NCBI GenBank assembly: GCA_947174645.1
Contig: CAMWJR010000001.1
Coordinates: forward strand, 1 to 30,568
Direction: 5' to 3'
Source: an uncultured Verrucomicrobiota bacterium
Lineage (GTDB): Bacteria > Verrucomicrobiota > Verrucomicrobiia > Opitutales > LL51
Length of the DNA stretch: 30,568 nucleotides
Below, piece after piece: positions 16,070 to 25,286 of this stretch. The translations under genes were made by a program, and so were the position numbers. Numbering within the stretch: position 1 is the first letter of the stretch; each line of letters opens with the position of its first letter. Under the pieces are notes generated by a model that did no database searches, was not told the origin of the DNA, and saw nothing but the letters and a program-made list of their open reading frames with translations.

Positions 16070-18181
16070 CTACATCGCGGCACACCGCGGGCAACCATCG
16101 AACCGAAGCATCTTTCGCATCGCAAACTCAGTCTGCTTACCGTCATTCCACTGTTGTACCGGCTGAAGATAGCCCACAACACGGGAATAAACCTCGGTTT
16201 TACCACCACAATGAGGACATTTCTTCTGCTCCCCCGCAAGATATCCATGCTCTGCACATATCGAAAACGTCGGTGTCAATGAGAAGTAAGGCAACTTGTA
16301 CGATTCCGCGATCTTTCGCACGAGGTTCTTAACAACTTCACCATCACGAATGCGCTCACCGAGGAAACAGTGTACAACCGTCCCACCGGTAAACTTCGTC
16401 TGTAACTCGTCCTGATGGTCCAAAACCTGAAAGAGATCGTTCGTATAGTTGACCGGGACATGAATAGAATTCGTGTAATACGGAGTTTCGCTCTCACTCG
16501 CACTGCGCACCGCACCCCCAAACTGCTTCTGATCCTTAAGCGCCAAGCTAAATGATGCCCCTTCTGCCGGTGTCGCCTCGAGATTGTAGTAATTACCTGT
16601 CTCCTGTTGGAATTCAACCATCTTCGACCGCATATAATCGAGGACTTCAAGCGCGAATTGCCGCCCTTCTTCGGTCGTAATACTCTTATTTAACAGATTT
16701 AAACATGCTTCATTCATCCCAACAATCCCAATTGTCGAGAAGTGGTTACTCCAATAACACCCAAAACGCTGTTTGATACTTTTTAGGTAAAAAGATGTGT
16801 ACGGATAGAGCCCTGCATCCGTGAGTTTCTCCAAAAGTGCGCGCTTAATTTCTAAACTCTCTTTCGCCAACACCATTAACTTCGTCAGACGATCGAAAAA
16901 CTCCCCTTTCGTCGCCGATAAAAATCCAAGACGCGGTAGATTGATTGTCACAATGCCGACACTCCCAGTGAGCGGGTTCGCACCAAATAATCCACCTCCC
17001 TTGCGCCACAACTGCGTATTATCGATCCGTAAACGACAACACATCGAACGTACATCTTCTGGATTCATATCCGAATTGACGAAATTCGAAAAATACGGGA
17101 TCCCGTACTTGCCGGTAATTTCCCAAAGTCCCTTGAGATTCTCGCTATCCCAGTCGAAATCCCGGGTAACGCTAATCGTCGGAATCGGGAAGGTCATCAC
17201 ACGACCCTTCGCATCACCCTGCGCCAAGACTTTAAAAAACGCACGATCAAAAAGATCAATTTCTTTTTGGAATTCTCCATACTTTTGCTCCTGTAGTTTG
17301 CCACCGATAATCACTGGTTCATTCTTGAGATGCGCCGGACAAAAGAGATCGAGCGTTACGTTCGTAAACGGCGTCTGGAAACCGACCCGCGTCGGTACAT
17401 TGATGTTAAAAACAAACTCTTGAAGCGCTTGTTCGACCTGTTCTTCAGTTAAACCGTCAAAACGGATGAAAGGCGCCAAAAGGGTATCAAAATTGGAAAA
17501 CGCCTGCGCTCCTGCGGCTTCTCCTTGTAAGGTGTAGAAAAAGTTGACGACCTGCCCCAGTGCCGTTCTGAAATGTTTCGCGGGCTTCGACTCGAGCTTC
17601 CCGTGAACGCCTCCAAAACCCTCTTTGAGCAAATCCGCTAAATCCCAACCAACACAATAAACCGACAACTGCGAGAGATCATGAAGGTGGAAATCGCCAG
17701 ACTCGTACGCCTCACGGACCGCTTGTGGATACACTTTATTGAGCCAGTACGTTTTCGAGATCGATCCCGCAAGGTACTGATTAAGCCCTTGGAGCGAATA
17801 ACGCATGTTGCTGTTTTCACGAACCTCCCAATCGAGCTTGGACAAATACTGATCGACCTTCTCGATTTCCGCTTCCTTCACAAGGTCTGCGGTCCGATTC
17901 CGGCGATCACGTACTAAAATCGCATGCTTTGCACTCTTATGATATGGCGACTGTAACAGAACCGTCTCGATGGTATTTTCGAGCTCGGACAAAGTATCGG
18001 CATGCGCTGCCCCCAGTTGAACAAAAACCGCATCGGTTAACTGCTCGGCGACTTCTGAACCGAATTCCTCCGTCGTGGTTCCAATCTCCAAAAACATCTG
18101 ATAGACCTGCGAACGCAACACGTCCTCCGGCTCGATGGTGGTATCAAATTTCACTTTTTGACTCAATGTTTGGCTAATCAT
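16070..18181 (-). CDS. nrdD: Anaerobic (class III) ribonucleoside-triphosphate reductase
   Basis: GDFHLHDL, LQGEAAGAQA, RVGFQTPFTN, TFPIPT, RSMCCRL, TGSVGIVTINLPR, NLEATPAEG, FTGGTV, CAEHGY/CPHC Zn site, glycyl-radical loop YSRVVGY. Confidence 0.95.
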   Translation of the reverse strand: MISQTLSQKVKFDTTIEPEDVLRSQVYQMFLEIGTTTEEFGSEVAEQLTDAVFVQLGAAHADTLSELENTIETVLLQSPYHKSAKHAILVRDRRNRTADLVKEAEIEKVDQYLSKLDWEVRENSNMRYSLQGLNQYLAGSISKTYWLNKVYPQAVREAYESGDFHLHDLSQLSVYCVGWDLADLLKEGFGGVHGKLESKPAKHFRTALGQVVNFFYTLQGEAAGAQAFSNFDTLLAPFIRFDGLTEEQVEQALQEFVFNINVPTRVGFQTPFTNVTLDLFCPAHLKNEPVIIGGKLQEQKYGEFQKEIDLFDRAFFKVLAQGDAKGRVMTFPIPTISVTRDFDWDSENLKGLWEITGKYGIPYFSNFVNSDMNPEDVRSMCCRLRIDNTQLWRKGGGLFGANPLTGSVGIVTINLPRLGFLSATKGEFFDRLTKLMVLAKESLEIKRALLEKLTDAGLYPYTSFYLKSIKQRFGCYWSNHFSTIGIVGMNEACLNLLNKSITTEEGRQFALEVLDYMRSKMVEFQQETGNYYNLEATPAEGASFSLALKDQKQFGGAVRSASESETPYYTNSIHVPVNYTNDLFQVLDHQDELQTKFTGGTVVHCFLGERIRDGEVVKNLVRKIAESYKLPYFSLTPTFSICAEHGYLAGEQKKCPHCGGKTEVYSRVVGYLQPVQQWNDGKQTEFAMRKMLRFDGCPRCAAM

Positions 18182-18195
18182 TTTTTAATCCTTAA

Positions 18196-18211
18196 ATACT
18201 ATATCTAGTGG
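18196..18211. promoter_or_regulatory. NrdR box 1
   Basis: ATACTATATCTAGTGG (minus strand CCACTAGATATAGTAT) fits the acaCwAtATaTwGtgt consensus, 14 nt upstream of the nrdD ATG. Confidence 0.8.
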
Positions 18212-18227
18212 CTTCTATCGAAACGAA

Positions 18228-18243
18228 GTAGAATATATAGTAT
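18228..18243. promoter_or_regulatory. NrdR box 2
   Basis: Minus strand ATACTATATATTCTAC, 32 bp from box 1, the usual tandem NrdR spacing. Confidence 0.7.
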
Positions 18244-18426
18244 CTCAAAGCGAAATGCGAGGATTTTTTAGAAAATCTTATTCACCGGAAATTTTGCGAT
18301 TCAGAGCTCACTTTTGAGTTGCGAAGAGAAAGTTATTCACAGTGCCAAAATGATTTTTCGCCCGTAGGGGGTTACTCTGGGCTTTGTCAAGACCCCAAAT
18401 GCATATAATTGCCGCTAAAAAATTTT

Positions 18427-19794
18427 TTAAACCTCGTAAGGTGTCATAACCTCGGGGTTGAGGACGCTGATATGTGGCGCAAGGTAGGTCAATTCATCGA
18501 GGAACCAATTACGCGAATCATCATTACCGTGCGTAAGGACAATCGCTCGGGGATCGAGCTTAATCGCCGCCCTCAAAAGTTCCTCGCGATCGGCGTGACC
18601 GCTAAGATCAAAACGCTCAATATTCGCACGGACATTGGTGCTGTAGTTGAGCGCGGAAAAGAGAAAAGGACTTCCCGATGGCGACGCTAACAGGTGTCCT
18701 CCAGGAGTCTCGGGATCGCAATAGCCGACAAAACAGATAGAATTTTTGGGATCATCCAATAGACAAGCCGCGATATTGTAAGAAGGCGTATTTTCCACCA
18801 TCATCCCGCTACTAACGACAAAAATTGTCGGCTTATCAGGGACATCTCCGGGCTTGAGGTACTTGATCTTGTTGAGCGAAATAACGCCGAGATCCTTTAA
18901 AACACTTTTCCGGAAACGTAATGAAGGGTATTTTTTAGCGATCTCGTCAAATGCATCGACAATCGCGAGCCCGAGTCCTGAGCAAACAATAGGCGTTTTT
19001 GCGCTGAGTTGCTTCGCCTTTATCGCATCATGCAGAATCGTCAAAATCTCCTGAGTCCGGCCAAATGCAAACGTCGGGATAAGAACCGACCCTCCATTTT
19101 GTAGTGTATGGCGAATCGTCGCAACAAGGTGCTCAATTTCGGCATAGACTTTATGCTCTTCCGTCCGCTCCGTCACACCGCGGGTCGTTTCCATAACTAG
19201 CGTATCGACTTTTTGCTTTGGCCAGGAAGCCCCTGGTAAGATTTTTTGCTGACGGAACAAAACATCACCCGTAAAAAAGATTTTGCGGTGCTTGTACTCG
19301 ATCAATACGCCCGCGGCACCAGCGACATGCCCTGCGTCCAGAAACTGAATCTCGATTTTTTCATCGCCTTTACGAAAGACGCGTGGGACACCATACTTCA
19401 TCTCAAAATAGTGTTCATTCAGACGATTGATTTCGTCGAGCGTATATAGTGGGTACTCTTTGACACCCAGCTCTTTATGTTGCCGCTTCATGACCGTGTG
19501 GCTATTTTCTAACAAAACCGGCATTAATTCGCGCGATTGGGGCGTGACGAGGAGGCGCGCCTGAGGCTGTTGGCGCATTAAAACGGGGATCGATCCGATA
19601 TGATCGAGGTGGCAGTGTGTCGCAACAACAAAGTCTAAAGAGTAAGGGGTAATCGCATCGAGGTTTGGAAGCGCTTTCAGCCCCGTCTCGCGAGGACTCA
19701 TCCCCGCATCGATAACAAAATGGAATGGCCCGATTCTGATATAGCTACAATTTGCGCCGATATCACGTTCGGGATTAAGATCTTCAAAAAACAT
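18427..19794 (-). CDS. Metallo-beta-lactamase/beta-CASP family RNA-processing nuclease
   Basis: IGANCS, IDAG, THCHLDHIG, DAGHVAGA, FTGD, METT, PTFAFGRTQE, SSGMM, FVGYC, LSGHAD. Confidence 0.9.
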   Translation of the reverse strand: MFFEDLNPERDIGANCSYIRIGPFHFVIDAGMSPRETGLKALPNLDAITPYSLDFVVATHCHLDHIGSIPVLMRQQPQARLLVTPQSRELMPVLLENSHTVMKRQHKELGVKEYPLYTLDEINRLNEHYFEMKYGVPRVFRKGDEKIEIQFLDAGHVAGAAGVLIEYKHRKIFFTGDVLFRQQKILPGASWPKQKVDTLVMETTRGVTERTEEHKVYAEIEHLVATIRHTLQNGGSVLIPTFAFGRTQEILTILHDAIKAKQLSAKTPIVCSGLGLAIVDAFDEIAKKYPSLRFRKSVLKDLGVISLNKIKYLKPGDVPDKPTIFVVSSGMMVENTPSYNIAACLLDDPKNSICFVGYCDPETPGGHLLASPSGSPFLFSALNYSTNVRANIERFDLSGHADREELLRAAIKLDPRAIVLTHGNDDSRNWFLDELTYLAPHISVLNPEVMTPYEV

Positions 19795-19833
19795 GCAGTA
19801 CCTAATGTAAAACTACCCGTGCCGATGTCGAGC

Positions 19834-20736
19834 CTACATCCGGTATAGCGTCACGTCAGGCTTACGCGTATGGACAATGAAATTGTAGATCGCCTCGATT
19901 GCTGGCTCCTTGGCGTCTTCCAAGACATAGTGCCCACAGTCCTCAAATCGGATCACCGCCGCACGCTCGAAGAAACTCTGCCATTCTTTTAAAAACCACT
20001 CCGTAAAACAGAAATCCCGTTCACCCCATAGGAGTAGGATCCGCTTTTGGCTCAGAAGAAAGAGCGCATTTTCAATCTCCGTCAACGTATTCCATGAGGG
20101 GTGCCGCGTCGATAACGGGATATCGGCAACAAATTTCCGAATCGCAACCCGATTTCTCCAGGAATTGTAAGGAAACCGATAGCCATAAGCAGTGAGAGTA
20201 TCAAGACCCTTCGTCGTCGACATATAATTCGATCCCCGGACAAAGGCGTTGAGGCCCCGGATGAGTAGATCACCCAAAACCGGCGTCCGACAAAAATTGA
20301 TACGCGCGGGAATCCGTGAAGAATGAAAGGCCGCTCCATTCATAATTGTTAGGCTCTCGACACGTTCCGGCCAACGCTCGGCTAACGCCATCCCGATAGC
20401 GCATCCCCAGTCGTGCATGACAAAGTGAAAGCGTTTAAGCGACAATGTCTCAATGACCTTACGCGCATTGGCAATATGTTGCGCCAACGTGTAGGGATAC
20501 TTTTGAGGTTTATCGGAAAGCCCACACCCCATATGATCGATCGCAATACAACGAAACGTCGACTTCAGCTTCTGAATGAGATCGCGATAATAAAACGACC
20601 ATGTCGGGTTACCGTGAATCATAAAAACCACGTCGCCCTCACCTTCATCTACATAGTGAATACGGTTGCCATCAGGCATCGCGATAAAGTGGCTTTTAAA
20701 CGGATAAATTGCCTGTAACTTTTGCGGTAATCTCAC
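19834..20736 (-). CDS. Alpha/beta hydrolase, haloalkane dehalogenase superfamily (OleB-like)
   Basis: HYVDEG, HGNPTWSFYY, DHMGCGLSDKP, nucleophile HDWG, RKFVADIPL, WGERDFCF, catalytic GHYVLED. GTG start. Confidence 0.82.
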   Translation of the reverse strand: MRLPQKLQAIYPFKSHFIAMPDGNRIHYVDEGEGDVVFMIHGNPTWSFYYRDLIQKLKSTFRCIAIDHMGCGLSDKPQKYPYTLAQHIANARKVIETLSLKRFHFVMHDWGCAIGMALAERWPERVESLTIMNGAAFHSSRIPARINFCRTPVLGDLLIRGLNAFVRGSNYMSTTKGLDTLTAYGYRFPYNSWRNRVAIRKFVADIPLSTRHPSWNTLTEIENALFLLSQKRILLLWGERDFCFTEWFLKEWQSFFERAAVIRFEDCGHYVLEDAKEPAIEAIYNFIVHTRKPDVTLYRM

Positions 20737-20740
20737 AATT

Positions 20741-23191
20741 TTATATATTTTCGGCAGTCGCCGTTTCGGTCAACTGAAGGAAATCATCCATGATTCGCAG
20801 ACTTTCACGAAGGTGAGTATCAATCGAATCATTCTTCTTGTGCTTGGATTTTTTCTTCGCTACAACTCTCGGTTTCCCAGATTTTTCGCGCTCAGCGGCA
20901 TCATCGAGCAAGATTTTTTCGTAAGAAGGATTGCTTTTGAGTAATTCCTTGATTCGGACATCGATGGCCTGTTGTGCTAACTCATTCTCCTTCCGCTCTT
21001 GACGGCGCTGAGTGAGACTTTCTGGATAAGCCTTGGTATCGACAACTTTCTGGAGCATCGCGATACGTTCTTTGAGGACCTGAAACTCCGGTAACTCCTC
21101 TTGCCGATGTAGACTTTTTTCGCGCAATGCCGCGGTTGTAGTCTCCGTCAACTGACTACCTGGGGTATACTCGGCGCGATCAATGGTGTCCCATGCGATA
21201 GCGTGAGGTAGATCCCCCTCGCCAATCGGCAAAAGCGCGTCAAACGAAGGGAAAACGATATCCGATGCGACGCCCTTAATCTGCGTCGACTGGCCGCTCG
21301 GCAAGTACCACTTTTGTGTCGTCACTGCTGAAGCCCCGAGGTCTTCTTTGTATTTGAATTTCGGGAAAAGCTGCTCCATCGGTAGGAGTACCTGAACGGT
21401 CCCCTTCCCATGGGTATTCTGATCTCCAACAATGAGCGCTCGATTGAGATCTTTTAGCGCTCCAGCTAAAATTTCCGCAGCTGAGGCACTCATCCGGGAA
21501 ACGAGGACTACCATCGGCCCATCCCAACCCAATCCTGCGGTTTTTTGCGTCGAAAAACGCTCGATATTGCCGTACTGCCCCCGGACTTGCACGATCGGTC
21601 CCTGAGCAAAAATTCCACCGACTAAAATCGATTGTTCGAGAAACCCTCCCCCGTTTTCACGTAGATCCAGCACAATACCCTGAACTTCTTTTGCTTTCAG
21701 TTTATTGATTAACGCAACTAAATCGGTTGCGCTGTTGGACTGTTGGTTATCATCGCCCGAACTGTTGCCATAAAACGCGGGGAGCGCAATAACGCCCACC
21801 TTGTGTCCCTTTTCGGTATTGAAAAATTTCGCACTCGCCCGACTCTCATCGAGCTCGACTTCCGCGCGAACAAGGGTTACGACTTTGCGTGCACTGATGT
21901 CCCCCGTGGGTTGTAACGTGACGCGAACCGTTGTCCCTTTTTTACCACGGAGCAGTTTTGTAATGCGCGTCAGAAGCATTCCCGAAACATCGACGGCTGG
22001 CTCGTCGCCTTGCGCTACTGCCACGATCTTGTCACCGACCTGGAACTCCCCACTACATGCAGCAGGTCCTCCAGGGAATAACTCACGTACAACACAGCTC
22101 CCATTTTCATCCCCTAACTGTGCACCAATTCCAACAAACGAGTGGTGCAGCGACATCCGAAGGTCTTCCATCGATTCGCGCCCCATGAAGACCGTATGCG
22201 GGTCGTACGTCATCGCAACGCTATTCAAAAACCGCTCCTGTACCATCCACGGCTCGACACAAGCAATATTGCGCAACAAACTCTTGTAACGCCGCAGTGT
22301 TTCTTTCTTCGCCGCCTCGATTTTTTCCGGTAATGTCATCGGCAAAAGTACGTCCATACCGTCATCATGAAGGAAGCAGATCAGGTTTTTGACGTAACAG
22401 GGGTCAATCCGCGAGCGGTAAGACTTAAAGAGAAGCGACGCAGGGCCGACAACCGGCCGTTGTAGAGGCCGAGCACGCGGAGTTTTGAGGGAAAGAACTT
22501 TAGCCCGTTCTGTAATTTTAAAACTATATTTCAACAAACGCCCCAGTGTACGTTCTTCTGGCTTTTGTGATAATTCGATCACCGTATGGAGCCGTCCCGA
22601 CTCTGCCGCCTCGGAAAGAATGATTTCGTTAACAATCTCAAAATTTAACCGGTCTTGCCAAAGTTGCTCCAATTCTGGTTGCGTCGCGACAAAATGCTCC
22701 TTATCGCGATCCATGATGTAGCTCCGATGACTTTCGAGTTCAAAATCATTGGCCTGAATTTTTTGGAAAATCCATTCAATGCGACTGGCAAGTTTCTGGC
22801 GGTAGAGTTCGAAAATCGAAAAGCCCGGCGTCAAACTCCCGCCATTCAAAAAAACGTCGAGACTTGAGGCGAAGCGCTTGATAAACTCATCGACCTCGGG
22901 TTGTAAAAAAAACATCCTCGAACCGTCAATCCGTTCGATATACTCCGTTAAAACCTGTTTAAAATCAAGAGTTTTGAGTTTTCGGTGGTCGTAGTGAACC
23001 TCCTCAAGGCATTTCATCATACAGATGGTTTCGAGGCGCATCGTACTGGTTTGCTCAAGAGGGGAAAATTCCGGTTTTTTGAAAACAAGCTCATCGGATT
23101 CCGCGGTCTTTTCTACGAGAGTAATGTCATCGCCCCAAGCCCATACGAAACCGCTCATGAAGAGCCAAAAAAATCGCTGAAAAAGTCTCAT
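20741..23191 (-). CDS. prc: Carboxy-terminal processing protease (S41A, Prc/Tsp) with PDZ domain
   Basis: Signal peptide, YDPHT, GIGAQL (PDZ), LRGKKGTTV, LDLRENGGGFL, SASAAEILAGALKD (catalytic Ser), THGKGTVQ (catalytic Lys), TQKWYLPSGQSTQIKGVASDI. Confidence 0.92.
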   Translation of the reverse strand: MRLFQRFFWLFMSGFVWAWGDDITLVEKTAESDELVFKKPEFSPLEQTSTMRLETICMMKCLEEVHYDHRKLKTLDFKQVLTEYIERIDGSRMFFLQPEVDEFIKRFASSLDVFLNGGSLTPGFSIFELYRQKLASRIEWIFQKIQANDFELESHRSYIMDRDKEHFVATQPELEQLWQDRLNFEIVNEIILSEAAESGRLHTVIELSQKPEERTLGRLLKYSFKITERAKVLSLKTPRARPLQRPVVGPASLLFKSYRSRIDPCYVKNLICFLHDDGMDVLLPMTLPEKIEAAKKETLRRYKSLLRNIACVEPWMVQERFLNSVAMTYDPHTVFMGRESMEDLRMSLHHSFVGIGAQLGDENGSCVVRELFPGGPAACSGEFQVGDKIVAVAQGDEPAVDVSGMLLTRITKLLRGKKGTTVRVTLQPTGDISARKVVTLVRAEVELDESRASAKFFNTEKGHKVGVIALPAFYGNSSGDDNQQSNSATDLVALINKLKAKEVQGIVLDLRENGGGFLEQSILVGGIFAQGPIVQVRGQYGNIERFSTQKTAGLGWDGPMVVLVSRMSASAAEILAGALKDLNRALIVGDQNTHGKGTVQVLLPMEQLFPKFKYKEDLGASAVTTQKWYLPSGQSTQIKGVASDIVFPSFDALLPIGEGDLPHAIAWDTIDRAEYTPGSQLTETTTAALREKSLHRQEELPEFQVLKERIAMLQKVVDTKAYPESLTQRRQERKENELAQQAIDVRIKELLKSNPSYEKILLDDAAEREKSGKPRVVAKKKSKHKKNDSIDTHLRESLRIMDDFLQLTETATAENI

Positions 23192-23308
23192 TAAACAAAC
23201 GCAGGATTATTGAAACACCCCCTGATTTAGCAAGAATATAATCGGCTCCGCGGGTTTTCACGCGATTAGACTTGCCTTTCACACTGCAAGTTCTACGGCT
23301 AAAAGCAA

Positions 23309-23382
23309 GCAGGCATAGTATAGCGGTAATACGCGAGCTTCCCAAGCTTGAATCGAGGGTTCGACCCCCTCTGCCTGCACCA
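23309..23382 (+). tRNA. tRNA-Gly(CCC)
   Basis: GCAGGCATAGTATAGCGGTAATACGCGAGCTTCCCAAGCTTGAATCGAGGGTTCGACCCCCTCTGCCTGCACCA: anticodon CCC, encoded CCA, discriminator A. Confidence 0.95.
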
Positions 23383-23441
23383 GGGCAGCTGTTATTAATT
23401 TTGCTAGTCAAGAAAGATATTTATGCTTAGTTTGAGCGGTC

Positions 23442-24083
23442 ATGAGCGACTTCGATGACGCCTATCGTTTCGATGATGAAGATGATTTTAACGCAACTTG
23501 GTCGGAAAAGGATTGGAAACAGTACATTGCGAAAAACGATCTTCAGGTCTCCTTATTTTTAAATCTCTTCGTCTCATCCCGCAATATCGTTAACCATATG
23601 GATCACATTGCGCTTCAGATGGGCTGGGTAAAGGCCGAAGACGATACCGCATTTATCAAAAAAATCTTTCATAACGCTAAAGAACCCAATACGATCCATA
23701 CCCATCCGGTAACCACGATTACCCGTGGGCTGTATCATTTTCTCACCAAAAACTGGGAAATTTACCTTGAGAGCTCGAAGACAAACGACGTCAAGTTATG
23801 TTGGACCTATGCGCAACTTCTTAATAATGGCGAACGGAGTGCACTCTTTGGGATATCGTGTATGGATGCCGGTGATGACTTTTTAGCAGTCTGCCACTTT
23901 AAGAATGCCCTCCAAATCCTCAATCTCACAATGGATGTTCTTCAAAAAATCCCCAAAGAAAATCTCAAAACGAATGTAATTTTTCACGATGCCCTGATTG
24001 CCTGTTTCGATCTCCGTGAGGTATGGATTAAGGTGATGGAGTCTTGCAAAAACCCCGAATCCGAGGACGATGATACGCTATGA
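23442..24083 (+). CDS. Hypothetical protein (acidic N-terminus, helical body)
   Basis: 213-aa ORF whose stop overlaps the next start (ATGA, 24080-24083). It resembles, from memory, an Opitutales-conserved hypothetical protein (WSEKDWKQY, HIALQMGW); not verified. Confidence 0.75.
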   Translation: MSDFDDAYRFDDEDDFNATWSEKDWKQYIAKNDLQVSLFLNLFVSSRNIVNHMDHIALQMGWVKAEDDTAFIKKIFHNAKEPNTIHTHPVTTITRGLYHFLTKNWEIYLESSKTNDVKLCWTYAQLLNNGERSALFGISCMDAGDDFLAVCHFKNALQILNLTMDVLQKIPKENLKTNVIFHDALIACFDLREVWIKVMESCKNPESEDDDTL

Positions 24084-25249
24084 CGGCCTACCCTTTACTG
24101 ATTATCGACGATGAAAAAAATACCCGTGAAGCTCTAAAACGCCTCTTAAGTTCGGACTATACCGTTTCACTCGCATCAGGCGTCGAAGAAGCGCTCGAGA
24201 TTTTACAAAAACAAACCTTTTCCGTCATCATTACCGATCTTCGTCTTGGAGGTAATACTTCCGGTTTTACTATTATTCAAGCAGCCGCGAAGAAAAATAT
24301 CCCCTGTATCATGATGACCGCCTTTGGAGATGTCGACACGGCTGTCACCGCGATGCGTTGTGGCGCATTTGACTTTGTCACCAAACCCCTAAACTTCCAA
24401 AAGCTCAAAATTACCCTCAAACAAGCGGTTGAACAAGCGCCTCTCCCGAAAACAGAATCTACACCAGAATTTTCGATACCCTCTTCGTCCTTAACAGTCA
24501 TCGCAGCACCAAATTCACCTTTCTACCAGGTCCTTGAAAATGCCAAAAAGATCGCGAATAACCGCGCTAACGTCCTCATTTACGGCGAAACGGGCACCGG
24601 TAAAGAAGTCTTAGCCCAAACGATTCACCAATCCAGCTCTCGTGCCCAAGGTCCCCTCATCACCGTCCACTGTGCTGCGCTGCCCCCACTACTCCTCGAA
24701 AGCGAATTATTTGGTCATGAAAAAGGGGCTTTTACAGGTGCCACAGAAGCGCGCATCGGAAAATTTGAAGCGGCAAACCACGGTACGCTCTTTCTAGACG
24801 AAATCGGCGAAATTGATGCCAACATTCAGGTCAAACTGCTTCGGTTTTTAGAAACAAAATCACTCGAACGCATCGGCAGCAATAAAACACGCGACATCGA
24901 CGTTCGGATTATCGCCGCGACCAATAAAAATCTTGCCCATATGGTCCGGGAAGGGACCTTCCGCGAAGATCTCTACTACCGCCTCGACATCCTGGAGCTC
25001 AAATCGCCTCCCCTACGCGAACGTCCGGAGGATATTCCGCTCCTCTTCGCACACTACATCCACTACTTTTGTCGAGAAAACCAACTTGCCGACCTCATCA
25101 TCGAAGATCGCGTCTTTTATTTTCTCAAAAAATATAGCTGGCCCGGAAACGTCCGAGAACTCAAAAATGTCTGCGAAAGCATTGTTGCTCTCATGCCCGA
25201 AGGTCAACAACACATCACACCGGATGAACTCGGTGAAAAATTCCGTTGA
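24080..25249 (+). CDS. Sigma54-dependent response regulator (receiver + AAA+), no C-terminal HTH
   Basis: Receiver IIDDE...ITDLRL...MMTAFG...FVTKP; Walker A GETGTGKE; ESELFGHEKGAFTGA; Walker B FLDEIGE; FREDLYYRL; WPGNVRELKN; stop about 20 aa later. Confidence 0.93.
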   Translation: MTAYPLLIIDDEKNTREALKRLLSSDYTVSLASGVEEALEILQKQTFSVIITDLRLGGNTSGFTIIQAAAKKNIPCIMMTAFGDVDTAVTAMRCGAFDFVTKPLNFQKLKITLKQAVEQAPLPKTESTPEFSIPSSSLTVIAAPNSPFYQVLENAKKIANNRANVLIYGETGTGKEVLAQTIHQSSSRAQGPLITVHCAALPPLLLESELFGHEKGAFTGATEARIGKFEAANHGTLFLDEIGEIDANIQVKLLRFLETKSLERIGSNKTRDIDVRIIAATNKNLAHMVREGTFREDLYYRLDILELKSPPLRERPEDIPLLFAHYIHYFCRENQLADLIIEDRVFYFLKKYSWPGNVRELKNVCESIVALMPEGQQHITPDELGEKFR

Positions 25250-25286
25250 ATGAGATTGTCTCCTGAAACGATTCCCTAGAACAAGA

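Noticed and set aside
16070-16084. NrdD ends in CAAM, a formal CaaX box
   Set aside because: Cytoplasmic housekeeping enzyme with no export signal, and the Cys is part of a CPRC pair. It shows that CaaX ends arise by chance, so the 2816-3529 call also needs testing.
11832-18346. TGGCAC hexamers (11832, two inside oppA, 18341-18346 on the minus strand) as sigma54 promoters
   Set aside because: None has TTGC at the required -12 spacing.
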